Positions 25,506 to 38,594 of a stretch of 64,000 nt of DNA are shown in pieces. The position numbers and the translations under genes were made by a program. A model generated the notes under the pieces. That model saw nothing but the letters and a program-made list of their open reading frames with translations, was not told the origin of the DNA and did no database searches. Numbering within the stretch: position 1 is the stretch's first letter; each line of letters begins with the position of its first letter. Origin of the DNA: Mobula hypostoma. Its lineage: Eukaryota. Location of the stretch: positions 96,350,001 to 96,414,000 of the forward strand of contig NC_086097.1 of assembly GCF_963921235.1 (NCBI RefSeq), written 5' to 3'.

Positions 25506-28054
25506 ATTATCGATTGGAGGGCAAGACAGACAGCTATTTCTATAATGAGTATTTTAGTGCCTGTAAGTAATCATGTTCTTTCAAATGACTGGGAATTTAT
25601 AGATAAATCAATACTAGCTGGAGTCTTGCACAAGTCAGTCGCTGATGTGAGCAAATCATGTGCTCAACATTTCCCATAGTAAAAATGGGAAAGTTTTATG
25701 CTTCGACAATGCACTCAAGAAACAAACAGAAAGTAAACTATATTATCCTTCAACATATCTGCTACTTATCATTCATTGTTAAGGAATGGAGATGTCAGGG
25801 AATTTATAGATTTTTTTTAATGGAGTGCTCTAAGTAATCTCATACTTTATCCAGCTTCCCTGAAAAAATTGTTGCTCCTGAGCTCCCCAAAAACCTTCAA
25901 GAAAAGAAACCATTTTACCTGTCTGGCCACACTGCTCATTGACTCCATTCTAGATTTAGCACCATGTGTCTCTCCTGTAATTTGAAGTCAGAATTATGCT
26001 GGAAACCTGAGATGTTATCAGAACTTTTAATGAGTCACTTGCCTCCTCTGCCAGTTCAAATCCTTAGGGTGAGGTATGAATATTACTGGTACAGCGCAAT
26101 TTCTGCCTAGTTAATGATAAAGGGCTCCATGCTTTTTATAATAGAGCTTCAAATTATAGGTGGATAAGCTTAAGTATTGTATTACATTATATATTATGGT
26201 GTTAAAGTTTTCTACAACTTATGAATAAGTATAAATTACACTGGGGAGATACAAGGAATAGTAAAAAAAAAGTTAGATTATAGTGATTGTGTACCGTAAG
26301 CTTGGAAAACAAATCAAACAAATTCCTCCAATCTGAAAATGTTGTGCAGTAGAGCATCATGTACTGGGTTACCATACTGTAACATAATTTCTTTCCCCCA
26401 CCCTTCTAGAATGGCTATAATACAAAATTTAAGATACAAATCAATTATTAATTAGTAATATCCAAGGATTTGATTAAAACAAGTGAGCACAGGGCTTTAT
26501 GCCAGTTGGCCACTCCCTAAACTGTCACAACTTAATTTTGTTGGAAGAATTCAGAAGCAAAGAGAAAAACACCTCTCCAATGAATTGTTCCTAATTATTA
26601 AGCCATCAGCTATCACTTTGACAAAGTTACTTTGGCAATGTTGCTTGTGCAGACACAGCTAATATGATGATTTTGGTCAAGTGAATTCTAAAACCTATGT
26701 CAGGAGCCAAAGTGCATTCCAAGACATCACATGTTAAATTTTCCATTCAGTGAAGCCACTGACATATTGTTAAAGAAACTTCTTGTCTGAGCAATACATT
26801 TTGCCAAGACTGCCAAATACTTGGCTTCTCCAGTGATTGGAAAACAAAGTGGTGACGGGGGATGTTTCCTATAGAGCTGAGTTTTCAATTATTGACACAC
26901 CACCATTGTCAGAGATCAACACAGACTATATCCTTTTCCAGACGAAGAAAGGCATGAATTGGTCAGTTGTGCAGAGCTTCGAAGTTAGTATCAGAACATA
27001 ACCAGAATTGGTACGAGGGAAACTAAGCAAACACGAGAGGGAGCAGTATTCTTCCCTTCCACAAAGTTAATCTAGCTGCTCATCAAATTTGTTACACTGG
27101 TTCAAAACAAATTTATTATCCATTTTCAAGAATGTTTTACTTAAACTCTTATTGTGCCACCAAGGTTCTTTCGCATTACTAATACTGAAACAAACATTGC
27201 CTTGGTCAAAATTAAAAAGAAAATGTAACCAGTATTACTCTGGGAGGAATAAAAATTAGCAATTGTAGAGTGCCCTTAACATAGTTAAGCAACATAATTG
27301 CATTTCACTGAAATTTACCAAACAAACTTGGTCTTTGAAAGCTTGGTTAACAAATTAAGATTACGATGAAAAAAAAACAAGGAAGTTTAGGAAAACACTC
27401 CAGAGCTTGCACCCATCACCCATCCCCTAAAAGCATAGCCACCCTTAGAATGATCAATTTGTGCAATGAACAAAATGCCAGCATTGTAGGGCCACAAAGT
27501 TATCGGGTGGTCATCACCCTAGAAGAGATTTGATCAAGAGATACAAGTTATTATGTGCTATTAATATAATGTGTCAGTTAATGTGCGCACTCTTTAAGCA
27601 TAATTTGTCTTGTGTGTACAATTCAGTATAAAATGGATGCTTTTTAAAGAAAGTCACACCACATTGATATTAAATACCCATATAACTGTGAACATGTAAC
27701 TTTTCTTTAATGGTGTTGGATCTGGAGATGTTTTGATCAGAAGGTTCTTTGGAAGTCAAGAATGGGGCATAAAAATTATGGCTATGTCTATTTTGTTATG
27801 TGTTTATAACTTAGAAATAGCAATAACCAACTCATTCTACTGTAGGGAGAGACAACGAAGCAAGAGAGGAAAGAAAGAACAAAGAAATTGTGGTTATCTG
27901 ATACTAAAAACTAACTCAGACAGATACCAGACATTCCATTGATAAGGAGAAACTAATGAGACAGTCGGGTTTAATGGTGTGACACTACCAGAAAAATACA
28001 CTAGCTACATTATAATTTACTAACACACAAACAGGTGATTATATAAATATATAG

Positions 28055-28990
28055 CCAAGTATAAGAAGCCATGTGCCTTCTTAGCCACCCAGTCAACCTG
28101 ACTAGCCTCTTTCACGGAGCTACGAACTTGAACCCCAAGATTCTGCTACTCATCAACACTGTTAAGGGACTTACCTTTAACTTTCAGTACCTGATAGGTT
28201 TCAGTGAGATTCCCCCTCCAACTCTAGCAATTACAAGTCTAGAGCCATCAAATGCTCCTCATATATTAACCCTTTCATTCCCTGAATCATTCTTGTGAAA
28301 CTCCTCTGGATGCTTCCCAAAGCCAGCACATGTTTTCTTCGATAAGAGGCCCAAAACTGCTCCAAATATGGTCTGATCAATGCCTTATAAAAACCTCAGC
28401 ATCACAACCTTGCTCTTGTATTCTAGACCACTCAAAATGAATGCTAAGATTGCATTTACCTTCTTTCTCACTCAATTTGCAAGCTAACCTTTAGGGAATC
28501 CTGCTCACCGACTTCCAAATCTCTTTGTAACTCTGATTTTTGAATCTTCTCTCCATTTAGAAAATAGTATACACCTTTAATCCTTCTACCAAAGTGCATC
28601 ACCATAAACTTCCCTTCACTATATCCCATCTGCCACTTCTTTGCCCATTCTCCCAAACTGTCCAAGTCCTTCCGCAGACTCCCTACTTCATCAACTCTAC
28701 CCACCCTTCCACCTATCTTTGAATTATATGCAAACTTGACCACAAATCCCTCAATTCCATCGTCCAAATTGTTGACACATAATGTTAAAGTAGTGGTCCC
28801 AACACCACTAGTCACAGGCAACCAACCAGAATAGGCCCCCTTTATTCCCACTCTTAGCCTCCTGCCCGTCACCCTATCTTTTATCCATATCACGGGCTCA
28901 TATCTTGTTATGCAGCCTCATATGCAGCAGCTTGTCAAAGGCCTTCTGAAAATCCAAGTAAACAACATCCATTGTCTCTCCTGTGTCCAT
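28055..28990 (-). mobile_element. Decayed CR1 RT fragments
   Basis: ORF 28468..28893: WLPVTSGV...KFAYNSKIGG...LGEWAKKWQM...QRDLEV. Confidence 0.8.
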
Positions 28991-28999
28991 CGTGCTTGA

Positions 29000-30200
29000 T
29001 AGTAGGTATGACAATAGCACAATACATCTTCAGCTTGGTTTCAGCCGATTCCTCTTTGCTCCTATTTCTCAGTCTTAAAAAGCAGAGCTCGCATTTGCTA
29101 TCTTGTTGTTAACTTCATCATTATCATCATAAACTGATCTTGAAAGAGCGTGGTCAAGCTACATACACTTATCCCCTACTGAGAACCTTTGTCCATTCAC
29201 AAATGTCTGGTTCTGTGTATAGGATGTTTTGTACAGGTTAGTGCAGAATTTCTATTTTCTTTGTGCTAATTATGAGGCCAAAGTTGCCACAGATACTGAC
29301 AAATTTGTCCAAGTTTTCTCAATTTTTCAGCTTACTTTGAGTACCCAGTCATTGGCAATGAAGTCCTTTAAAAAGGATTTCTCACACTTTGGTTTTGGCT
29401 GAGAGTTTCCTTAGTTAAAAAGGACACCACCAATCCTACAGGTAACTTTGAAGACTGATTCCATTTTCTTTATCTAGTTAGGCATTAAGCAGCATTGTAG
29501 AGAACATCATATTAATCTTTATATCTTTATCTGTACATTGTGGGGGATACACACAGACTGTTTCACACTACTACTGATGACTGGGAATGGATCTGAAGAC
29601 TCTCGATCATCCATTACTCTTGTCATCACACTGCCACGGAGTTGTCAGACTTGTGATGAAATTTCCCAGGCAAACATACTTTGCCACGATCTTCAATAGG
29701 CTCTCACAAAATCACATTATCTTTCAGGAAGTGGGCTTCTCAAGATGAGTAGTCATTCTATTTAGCAATGTTTTTACCAGCAGCTGAGAGAAAAGAGATT
29801 ACTTTGTGATCAACTTAGACTTGACAGTTACTTGTACACTTGAATGGTTGTGTAATTGAGGTGTTCTTGAAATCCTGGACTGTTTGTCCTTTTGCTCCAT
29901 AGCACCTGTAGTAGCTCTGTCAGTTTTTCAATCAACAGTGGGACTCTAATTGAAGACTTCTGTTGGTATAGCATTTGTTCCTGGAACTTTTCCACATGAT
30001 AAATGTGACACAGACTTTTAGATTTCTGCTTTTTGTGGGGATCTGCAAGAGCAAGGTTTGTTAAAAGTTGTGGCATGCAATCTATTGCTTCATAACTTAT
30101 TGTAGGTAATCTATATAGGACAGAGTTGAAATGCTCAGCATATCCCTAAGATCTGTTTCTTTTTCGATGATGATTACCAGTCCATATGCACTTAGTAAAG
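29000..30200 (-). mobile_element. Old RTE (BovB-like) LINE RT remnant
   Basis: Reverse strand of ~29080-29300 reads CGNFGLIISTKKIEILH...VNGQRF...DEVNNKIANASSAF. Boundaries are approximate. Confidence 0.6.
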
Positions 30201-30455
30201 GTGAACCATCAGATGGGTGAGGATTATATACAGAATTTAGAGCAGTAGAGAAATTTTATTTTATTTAGGAAGTCTTTTTAATCAGCATAACTCTGCATTT
30301 CATACAATTTATTACTGAGCCACAGAACCTGTATCTTGTCGAGCTTTCTAATTAAGTATGGGTAAGGCAAGCAGCTGACTTACGACTGAAGAACCTACAA
30401 ATTAAAGTCAGAAAATTCTAATTAATAATTCAGAGCGAGTCACATTAACCAGTTT

Positions 30456-30555
30456 TTCTCCAGTCCTGCTGAAGGGTTTCGGCCCGAAACATTGACTGTA
30501 CTCTTTTCCTAGATGCTGCCTAGACTGCTGAGTTCCTCCAGCAGTTTGTGTGTGA
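30456..30555 (+). mobile_element. 100-bp solo PLE terminal fragment (hammerhead-like motif and tail) with 10-bp TSD TAACCAGTTT
   Basis: TSD at 30446-30455 and 30556-30565. The insert matches the PLE ends at 7615-7715 and 6200-6300. Confidence 0.85.
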
Positions 30556-32051
30556 TAACCAGTTTGAGATTAAAGATTAGTTTTAATCTTCTGTTATTTG
30601 ACAATAATGATTAGACTATTAATCATTATTGCTATCTACGTAAAAAGATAAAAGTTCACAAGTATTAACATACAAATTTTCTCCAAACTCAAAATACATA
30701 ATTGGGTAAATGGAACTAATAAGCTGCAATCAGAAACGCTGGATGTACCCACCGAACTAACCTGAAATGAAATCATAATAGAGAGATGGTGTTCATGGAA
30801 TAAGGTTCATTGATTCTGCATGAAGAATGAAAAATGACTTCATTTCATTGTTCAAACAGACAAGATATTTAACATCTAAATGACAATAATTGAATCCTTC
30901 TAGCCTATCGGTCGGGAGCAGAAATCCTTTCACACCTTGCAACCAAATGGGAACAATTAGGAGAACACAGCAAGCTCTGTCACTTCATTTATCACACACA
31001 GCAGTAGATTCTTTAGGAATAAGTATCTGTATCAATAATTGCAGTGTGTCAACAGTCTCTGTATTATGCATTCCTTAATTCATAGACATAGAGCCAGTAA
31101 AACCATTGCCTGTTTAGATTCATATGAACAATATTAAAAGCAAATAGAAAAGTTACAAGGATATATAAAGGTTTCTGTCATCTTACAAAATTGGTCAGGC
31201 ACAAGTACTAAATTATCCCACACTTTACTACTGAAAATGGTAATTGATCCAAAGGACTGAAATCAATCTTTTCATAGCACCATCTGAATAAACATCTCCA
31301 GATGTGGCTTTATCATGTACTGCAGTTAGGCTTTAAACTGACTCAACACTCTATTTAGTTACGAGGCAGAAAAAAAATCGAGGTTTCAATCATTTTCTTA
31401 CTATGTCTCAACTGTAGAAGTATGTCATAAACTAACCTAACTTGCAAACTTAATCCTGGATGAAAGACTCAGTATTAGGAGGTTAAAGCCAATACAATTT
31501 TGGGAAAGATCTTCAGAAATGGGCACTCTGTTCCAAGAAGGAAGCAACCACTCACTGAGAGTGCAGCAGTAATAGTGTAAGGTCCAGCTTTATGCTCAAT
31601 GAATTATTTTAAAGAACCAAATACTTTCTGCTTTTAATTTACTTAGAGAGAAAGCTGTCACCGTACTTTCATTACAATATTTGTGGCAGACAACTTTAAA
31701 ATCCTGAGCCTACATTCACAGAAGCATCATTGAAAGAATGATCCCATTAATGTGAACTTCCTGCACTTACCACGTAACTTTGAAATGTTCCCCTTTTAAA
31801 AATTATTACTGATGGACTTCTGCTACAACCTCAGACAGTGCTTTCCAGATTATAATTCAATGAGTGACTAAACTTGTCTTGTTTTTTGTTCCTTTATCCA
31901 CTGTCTAAACTGGTTCCTCCAGCTAACAACTTTTCTGCCATTGGAAAATATTATTTCCTCTTATGCTTGTTCATAATTTTGTGCACTGTCATTAAATGCA
32001 CCCTAAAATTATATTCAAAGAAGAAAGCTCTAGATTTGCCATGTAACAGAA

Positions 32052-32130
32052 ACAGGCCATAAACAGCCCATCTCGGCACGGACTAGAAGGGCCGAGATGG
32101 CCTGTTTCCGTGCTGTACTTGTCATATGGT
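32052..32130 (+). mobile_element. Very short CR1-type 3'-end insertion with 8-bp TSD TAACAGAA
   Basis: GGCACGGACTAGAAGGGCCGAGATGGCCTGTTTCCGTGCTGTA is a CR1-family 3' terminal stem-loop. The TSD lies at 32044-32051 and 32131-32138. Confidence 0.7.
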
Positions 32131-32654
32131 TAACAGAAGTCCCACGTGCTTAGTAATGTACAATCAACATTCTCAGCACCCTACTAATGCTTTAATTTCC
32201 TAACTAAAGAGACAAGCCTAGATCTGGTAACATTATTCCATAAGGGATGATTTAAGGGTCACCTGAACAACAGATCTTTAAGTAGTTCCTGTTGAAATTA
32301 CCCATACTTTGAGGCAACTCAACATCTCCAGGATACCCACTTTAAATGTTGAGTCTCAATAAGGCATTCTTCCCAATCCTACCATCCTCCCTTCCCCTCC
32401 ACCATCTTCCAACCAGTGTGAAAGCATAATCCCTTGAAATCTAGTCACCATCTAGTCTAAGGATTTATTGCAAGAATGAAAGCCCGTGCCATTATGGGGA
32501 AATCTTTCAAACAAAACTGTCCGAATTACAAGGAGAATACACTGAAACAGAGAGATAGTCCATCTTCTTTAGTTACCTCCTCCTTAACAAAATAGACTGG
32601 AGCTTAGAAGGAAAATGTGAAAATAATTTAGATATAATAATTTTGCTGAGTAGA

Positions 32655-32965
32655 TACAAAGGTGCTGCCTCCCAGATTCAATCCTGACCTCCAGTGCTGT
32701 ACGTGTGATCTTTATATGTTCTCCCTGTGAATGTGTGGATTTTCTCCAGCTACTTTTGCTTCCTCCCACATCCCCCAAAGATGTACGAGTTCATAAGTTA
32801 ACTGGGCATTCTACATTTTCCCAAGTGTGTGGGTGCCTGGTAGAATCTAGGAGAGCTGATGAGATTTGAGGGAGAATAAGTTCCAGGGAAACGTAGTGAG
32901 GAATGGGATCGTTCTGAGCTGGCATAGATCTGAATAGATGAAATAGCTTCTTTCAACACTTATGA
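32655..32965 (+). mobile_element. tRNA-derived V-domain SINE (HE1-like)
   Basis: B-box-like GATTCAATCC followed by a V-domain-like TGTTCTCCCTGTGAATGTGTGGATTTTCTCC...TTCCTCCCACATCCCCCAAAGATGT. Confidence 0.7.
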
Positions 32966-33199
32966 AATATGGAAATAAATAGCAACACAATGTCACTTAT
33001 TCGGTGGCAGTGGGAAGGAACTTACAAACCACTTTGAGGCCGATTCATTTTTTAATGGTCTTGGATTATGCCTTTCTTATAACTCCTTTTCACTTGTAAT
33101 ATTATGATAATAATTCACCTGTAATAATTTGTAATATTATGAAGAACTGAACCATAGTACTAAACACGAAGAATGGGACTCACGAGTGAGTACCTATTT

Positions 33200-34140
33200 C
33201 ACTCTTTCATTGCCTTCTATGCCATGTGATTTATGTGCTCATTTAGACACTTCTTAAAAAGTTATGAGGGTTTCTGCCTCCACCACTCGTTTAGATGGTG
33301 CATTCCACTGTCTGGGTGAAAAAAATGCTGCCCCCCCCCCCTTCTAAGCTCCCCTACCCCTTGCCTTAAATCTATGCCCTTTGGTTGTAGATACCTGTGT
33401 TCTGGGGAAAATTTTCTTGATCTCTACACTCCTTCATAATTTTGTATATCTGAATCAGATCTCTTTCATCTTCCTCCATTCCAAAGAAAACAACACCAGT
33501 TTATCAGGTCTCTCCTCATAACTGAAACATTCAATCCCAATGAATCATCTTTGCACACTCTCCAGTGCAATCTCATCCATTATAGAACTGCTTACAGTAC
33601 TCCAGCTGTTGCTGTTGCCTACCAATAATCCATGTGATTGTACCATCTTTGTTTTTATATTCCATGCCTTAGCAGGTATCCCTCATGCCTTCTTAAATGC
33701 TTATCTTGTGCTACCAATCTCAGGATTCCTTGAACTTGTCACCAAGGTCCCTCTGTTCCTCAATATATCCAGAATCCCTATCATTCATCATGTGTGTCTA
33801 AGCCAATTTGTCCTCCAAATGCATAACCTCATACTTATCAAGATTAAATTTCATCTGCGTCTACTGTGCCCATCTAACCAACTTATCAATGTCATCCTGT
33901 AGCCAAGACTTCAAATATAATCAACACTATCAGGTTTCACATGATAGTGAATTTACCAATCATACCTACATTCACAGTAAAATCACCAGTCACATAACAA
34001 TCAAACAGCATGGATGCCTATGGTACACCACTGGTCACAGACGCCAATCAGAAAAGCAACCCTCTACCAACATCCTCTATCTTCTTTTATCAAGCCAGTT
34101 TGGATCCTATTTGCCAACTTGCCTGAGATCCCAAGTGTAG
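33200..34140 (-). mobile_element. Decayed CR1 3' fragment
   Basis: Similar to the CR1 3' ends elsewhere in the window (CTGGGTGAAAAAAA, CCTTAAATCTATGCCC, CTCCAAAGAAAACAA, AAATTTCATCTGC). Confidence 0.6.
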
Positions 34141-34624
34141 ATTAAGGCGATTAAGGATCACAGGCGTTTCTTTTCCAACAAACCATGATTACATAATATT
34201 AAGTCTTGACCAGCAACCTTTTTCATTGGAAGGTTTTCTAGTGATATTCAGAGGAAAAAAAACACTGATATTTGGCTTTCTTTATTGTTCTTTAGTCAAA
34301 CACACCAAAACATGTATTCATATAGTAACTTAAATATAGTAAAGCTTTAAGTTTCCGAAGGAGTTAACAAATTTCATGACACATACTGGTGATAATAAAC
34401 CTGATTCTGATCCTGATCCTGATCTGATTCTGAGTATCGTTAAGAAAATTTTCTTAGTAACACTCAACTGATGGATTTACCCCGATAAACCAAGTGCTGT
34501 TTTGGGATCTTTTATGATTACTAGGGCTTTTACTATTCTTATTTAAACACTTTCCTCTACAGCAAGAAAACATGATATTTGTACAAATTAGAATGCTCTT
34601 CTGAGTCTAAAGGTGAGCACGTAA

Positions 34625-36737
34625 GACTTGAGTAAAAAGGAGCAAATATCAGTGGTGGTGCGGTATTTGAGTAACGAAACAGTGCTTGAAGAATTCTTGC
34701 TCTTCACTCCAGCAGAAGGGTTGGACGCAGAGTCGCTTCTTAAAAGCATTGAACAGACACTTGCCCAGTGTGTTATTGATAAGAACGCGTGTATAGGTCA
34801 GTGTTATGACGGGGTGGCAGTGATCTCTGGGTGCAATAACAGGGTAAAAGAGAGGTTCAGGAAAGAGGTCCCGCAGGCATTATATATACACTGCCATGCT
34901 CACAGACTTAATCTTGTGTTAGTGGATGTTGTGAGCAATGTACCACAAGCGGGTGAGTTTTTTGAAACTGTGCGGCTGCTTTACAACTTCTTTTCAAACT
35001 CTGTGGCCCACGATCTTTTCATGAAGAAACAGAGAGAACTGAAATCAACTGCACAGCCTGTGGAGTTGAAGAATTTGTCAGATACACGCTGGGCATGGCA
35101 GTATACAGCTTTGTGGGCTATAAGGAAATCACTCCCTGTCATTCTAGCTGCACTACAGGATACTATGGGTTAACCAAATGCACGGAGGAAAATGGAGGCC
35201 AGAGCTGTAAATGGACTGACTGACGAGCAGTTTGCTTTACTTCTCACTCTGTCTGAGGATTTATTCCCAGTCACCAAGTTCATGTCAGACCAGCTACAAT
35301 CTCCCAGTTTGGAAACTTCATCCGCTGTGGACTTGGCTCAGTCTGTTATCGATGCACTCTCAGCAAGACGGGGAGAGGAATCATGGAGTGAACTTCAGAC
35401 AAGAGCTAGGGACCTGTGCATCAAGGCCGGTTTACAGAGCAGACGACATGAAAGGAGACAGGCCCAGCCACCCTGCTGCCTACATGATTCTGTTGTTGAG
35501 GCCCAAACTGAACGCACACCTGTCACATCCTCTGATGACCTTCGCAACCACTGTTTCTATCCAGTTATAGACAGACTTCTGACTGAAATGAAAAGACGGT
35601 TCTCAGTTGAGACTGGGAGTGTTCTGACTGGAGTCTCAGCATTGAGTCCCAAACACAAGTTCTTCCTAGACAAGAATTGTCTTTGGCCAATGGCCCAATA
35701 CTATGGAGTGACTGAAGTGAACCTGACTGCAGAGCTACATCAGGTTTGGCATCTGCTGGAAACAAAAGCAAGGACAGACAGTGAATGACACAGTGGAATT
35801 TCTAGCTCTAATGAGACCCTACCGTGATGCACTCTGCCTGTTACATCTGCCTCATGCGAACGGAGTTTCTCTTGCCTCAGAGGCGTCAAAAACTACCTAA
35901 GGAATAGCAGCTGTGATGCTCAGTACAGCAACTTGGCTCTGTTGGCCATAAACAGCCAGAGGACCAAGGCACTTGACATCCAGAAAATCATTGATGCTTT
36001 CACTACCAATCACAACAACAGACGGATTGTGCTTCTCTGAAAACATCAATGGTGAGTGCAGTTGATTTTTTAAAAATTTGGGCACTAATGCCGACTATTG
36101 TCATTATTTTGTGGTGGATACCCCATAGTCCTTATGTTTCCTGCAAATCCTAAAATATTACATTTACTGCTATTAAGCCTACTGGTTTTGCTTAGACTTC
36201 CAAGCAGATTCTGTTTATTTTTGTTTAAATTCAATAGCCGAATTAATTGAGGTATTGCATGGTCAGAGTACGATTTGTCCAACTCCTGGTAAAGCCTTGC
36301 ATCTGTTGTTTGCCTTATTTGACTTTAATAACGGTATACCTTTTGGCATTGCTGTCTATGTAATGCGAATAGCCGTGGGTTGGTGTTGAAAAGCACGCAT
36401 TTGACGCTGATTGTGGGATTGGTGCGTGATTCACGTTGTCTGCTGTTGCTCGGATGCTCTGTTTGCTTTTGTTGGTTATGCTCCGTGTAGCCCAGGTTGT
36501 TTCCGATGCCCTTGACACTGTAACAGTTCACTTCTATATTATATCTATCAATTGCTGTTGCTTGTGAATCAACAGTGGTATTTATAGTAGGCACATAATG
36601 CTTGAAACTGACTTTTTAACGCCTCGCGTCTGGCCTTGCGAATACATATTACCATACAGTACATCCCTCAGCACCATCACTGAATAATTCAGCCCCTCCG
36701 TAGTACCAGCAAGAAAAAATCTCTGGCGCAGCCACTG
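34625..36737 (+). mobile_element. hAT DNA transposon (ZMYM1-like/Tip100-type transposase), left end missing, right TIR present
   Basis: ORF 34628..35173 has KEQISVVVRY, GQCYDG, YIHCHAHRLNL and SDTRW; ORF 35192..35788 has FYPVIDRLLTEMKRRF. A hAT dimerization motif (VTSASCERSFS.L) follows at ~35840. The terminus reads AAAAAATCTCTGGCGCAGCCACTG. Confidence 0.85.
34628..36040 (+). pseudogene. hAT transposase pseudogene (DDE core and C-terminal dimerization domain)
   Basis: In-frame TAA at 35171-35173 between the two ORFs, and frameshifts after 35770. Confidence 0.85.
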
Positions 36738-36939
36738 CCAGCCGGCTCCCCAGGCACGCTTTCCATCCGTGCTGGGTTGAGCGTTGAGCTAGCAACTTGA
36801 CCTCATAAAAAAGAAATTGCCTGCTACAGAAACATCAACAGCAAAAAGTTGATGGCCTATGCTCTCTCATGAGTTTAAAAGGCAATTTCCTTCCTTTTTG
36901 ATAAACAGGTAGTATCAATCATGCCCAGCAACAATCAAC

Positions 36940-37480
36940 ACATATCAGAGTCAAATCACCCACTCTACCAATACCATGGCAACAGGAGAATACAAGCTAT
37001 ATGACCAGTGACAAGTGACTTTCTTCCTAAATCCACAAAGCTTCTTCAGTATCCATAAGGCACCAATGAGGAATGTGATGAAACAGGCTCCACAACACTC
37101 AGAAATCAAATCCACCAGGATGTGCAGCCCACTTTACTAGCACTTAATCCAGTAACCCTTCACCAGAAGTGCTTTATGGATGTCGTTTACCTACAAAATG
37201 CAGTGTGGTTGCTTGCTAAAGCTACCTCATCAATAACTTCCAAACAGTAAAGCACTACAATGATACTTAGGGTAACCATAAAGTAATCTCCTGCAAAGTC
37301 CCCACAACACACATGTTGGCCTACAGGCACCAATTCCCAGTATTCATAAATGAACAGCCCTACCTTCATCAGAAAGACTGCAATGGTTCAAGAAGTCAGT
37401 TCATTATGACTTTTTAAAGCACATTTAGGGCTGACCAATAAAGCTTTGCCTTGTCAACAATTATCATTTGTGTTAAAGGA
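36940..37480 (+). mobile_element. Old CR1/L2-group 3' remnant
   Basis: ATCCATAAGGCACCAATGAGGAATGTGATG and GACTGCAATGGTTCAAGAAG...TTAGGGCTGACCAATAAAGCT resemble a chondrichthyan LINE 3' end; a similar end occurs at 54280-54330. Confidence 0.45.
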
Positions 37481-38594
37481 ATAAAAATCAGTTATAATTT
37501 TTACCATCTCATCATCAGATACAATTTTCACTCCCCTCCTTCTCAGCATACTAATGGATATACTTTCTAATTTTTCACTTAAAATCACTCACAATAATGC
37601 TCATCTTTTGCAAAAACATTCCCCTGAAAGCTCAAAAGATATTACATCTGCCCTATATTTTCTTCCCTTCTTACCACGAGAGACCCAGGCACTTCTTACA
37701 GATGTAATAGAAATTTACATTTTATTCTTCCAATTTTTTTCTACAATTGGTACTTTTACAGTAGAGATTAACAGGGATTGACAATTGCTTTCCAGATTGT
37801 CTCATTTCAGAATACAATGCTGTCACTTCATTCTTCAGCCCAATTCCATTCTTACCACTCTGTTCTTGGCCTCCTACAAAGTTCTAATGAAGCTAAATAG
37901 AAATTTAATGAACTACATTTCCTCTTTTAAATGTGGGCTTTACAGTTGTTGAAACACAGCACCTAGTTCAATAATTTCAAATTATAAATAGTCCAAAAAT
38001 TGGTAAATGCAATTTGAAAGATTAAGGTCCAAGTTTGGCGTCAGCAAAGACAATGTGCTATTGTGATATATACATGACTATCACTGAGCACAAATACTGC
38101 ACTGGATTCTATGATGAAGTTAAAATGTGTACAGCTGAAATAATGCAAATAATAACCTGGTAATCTGCATTTTCCAGCATTTGCTCAGTTTGACCAGGCT
38201 AGTTCTCTAATCATTGTCTTTCGTACTGTCAGAACACAACCTATTTAAAAAATGAACAAACAGGTGTCAGGTTACAACTTATCCTTAATAGTGAATTTTG
38301 AAAGAAGAATTGTTGGTTGGATTCATAGCTTTATTTTAAGTTGTACAAAACATAATTAACTATTCTATTAAATGTCAACACAGCTGCAAACACAATCAAG
38401 CACTCTCATGAAAAGTGACGCATAATCATTGAAGAATTACACTGATATTTACAGAGTAAATACTCCTTGGCAAATAAAAAGAATTTCAGATACTGGAAAC
38501 CTAAAATAAAAACAGAAAATGCTGCAAATAGCAGGCCAAGCTGCACCTTTGTGAGGAGAACCAGAGTTAACATTTCAAATCAAAGACTAACCAG

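Noticed and set aside
34628..35788. Domesticated ZMYM1-like host gene
   Set aside because: An in-frame stop, frameshifts, a missing N-terminus and a retained TIR indicate a dead transposon.
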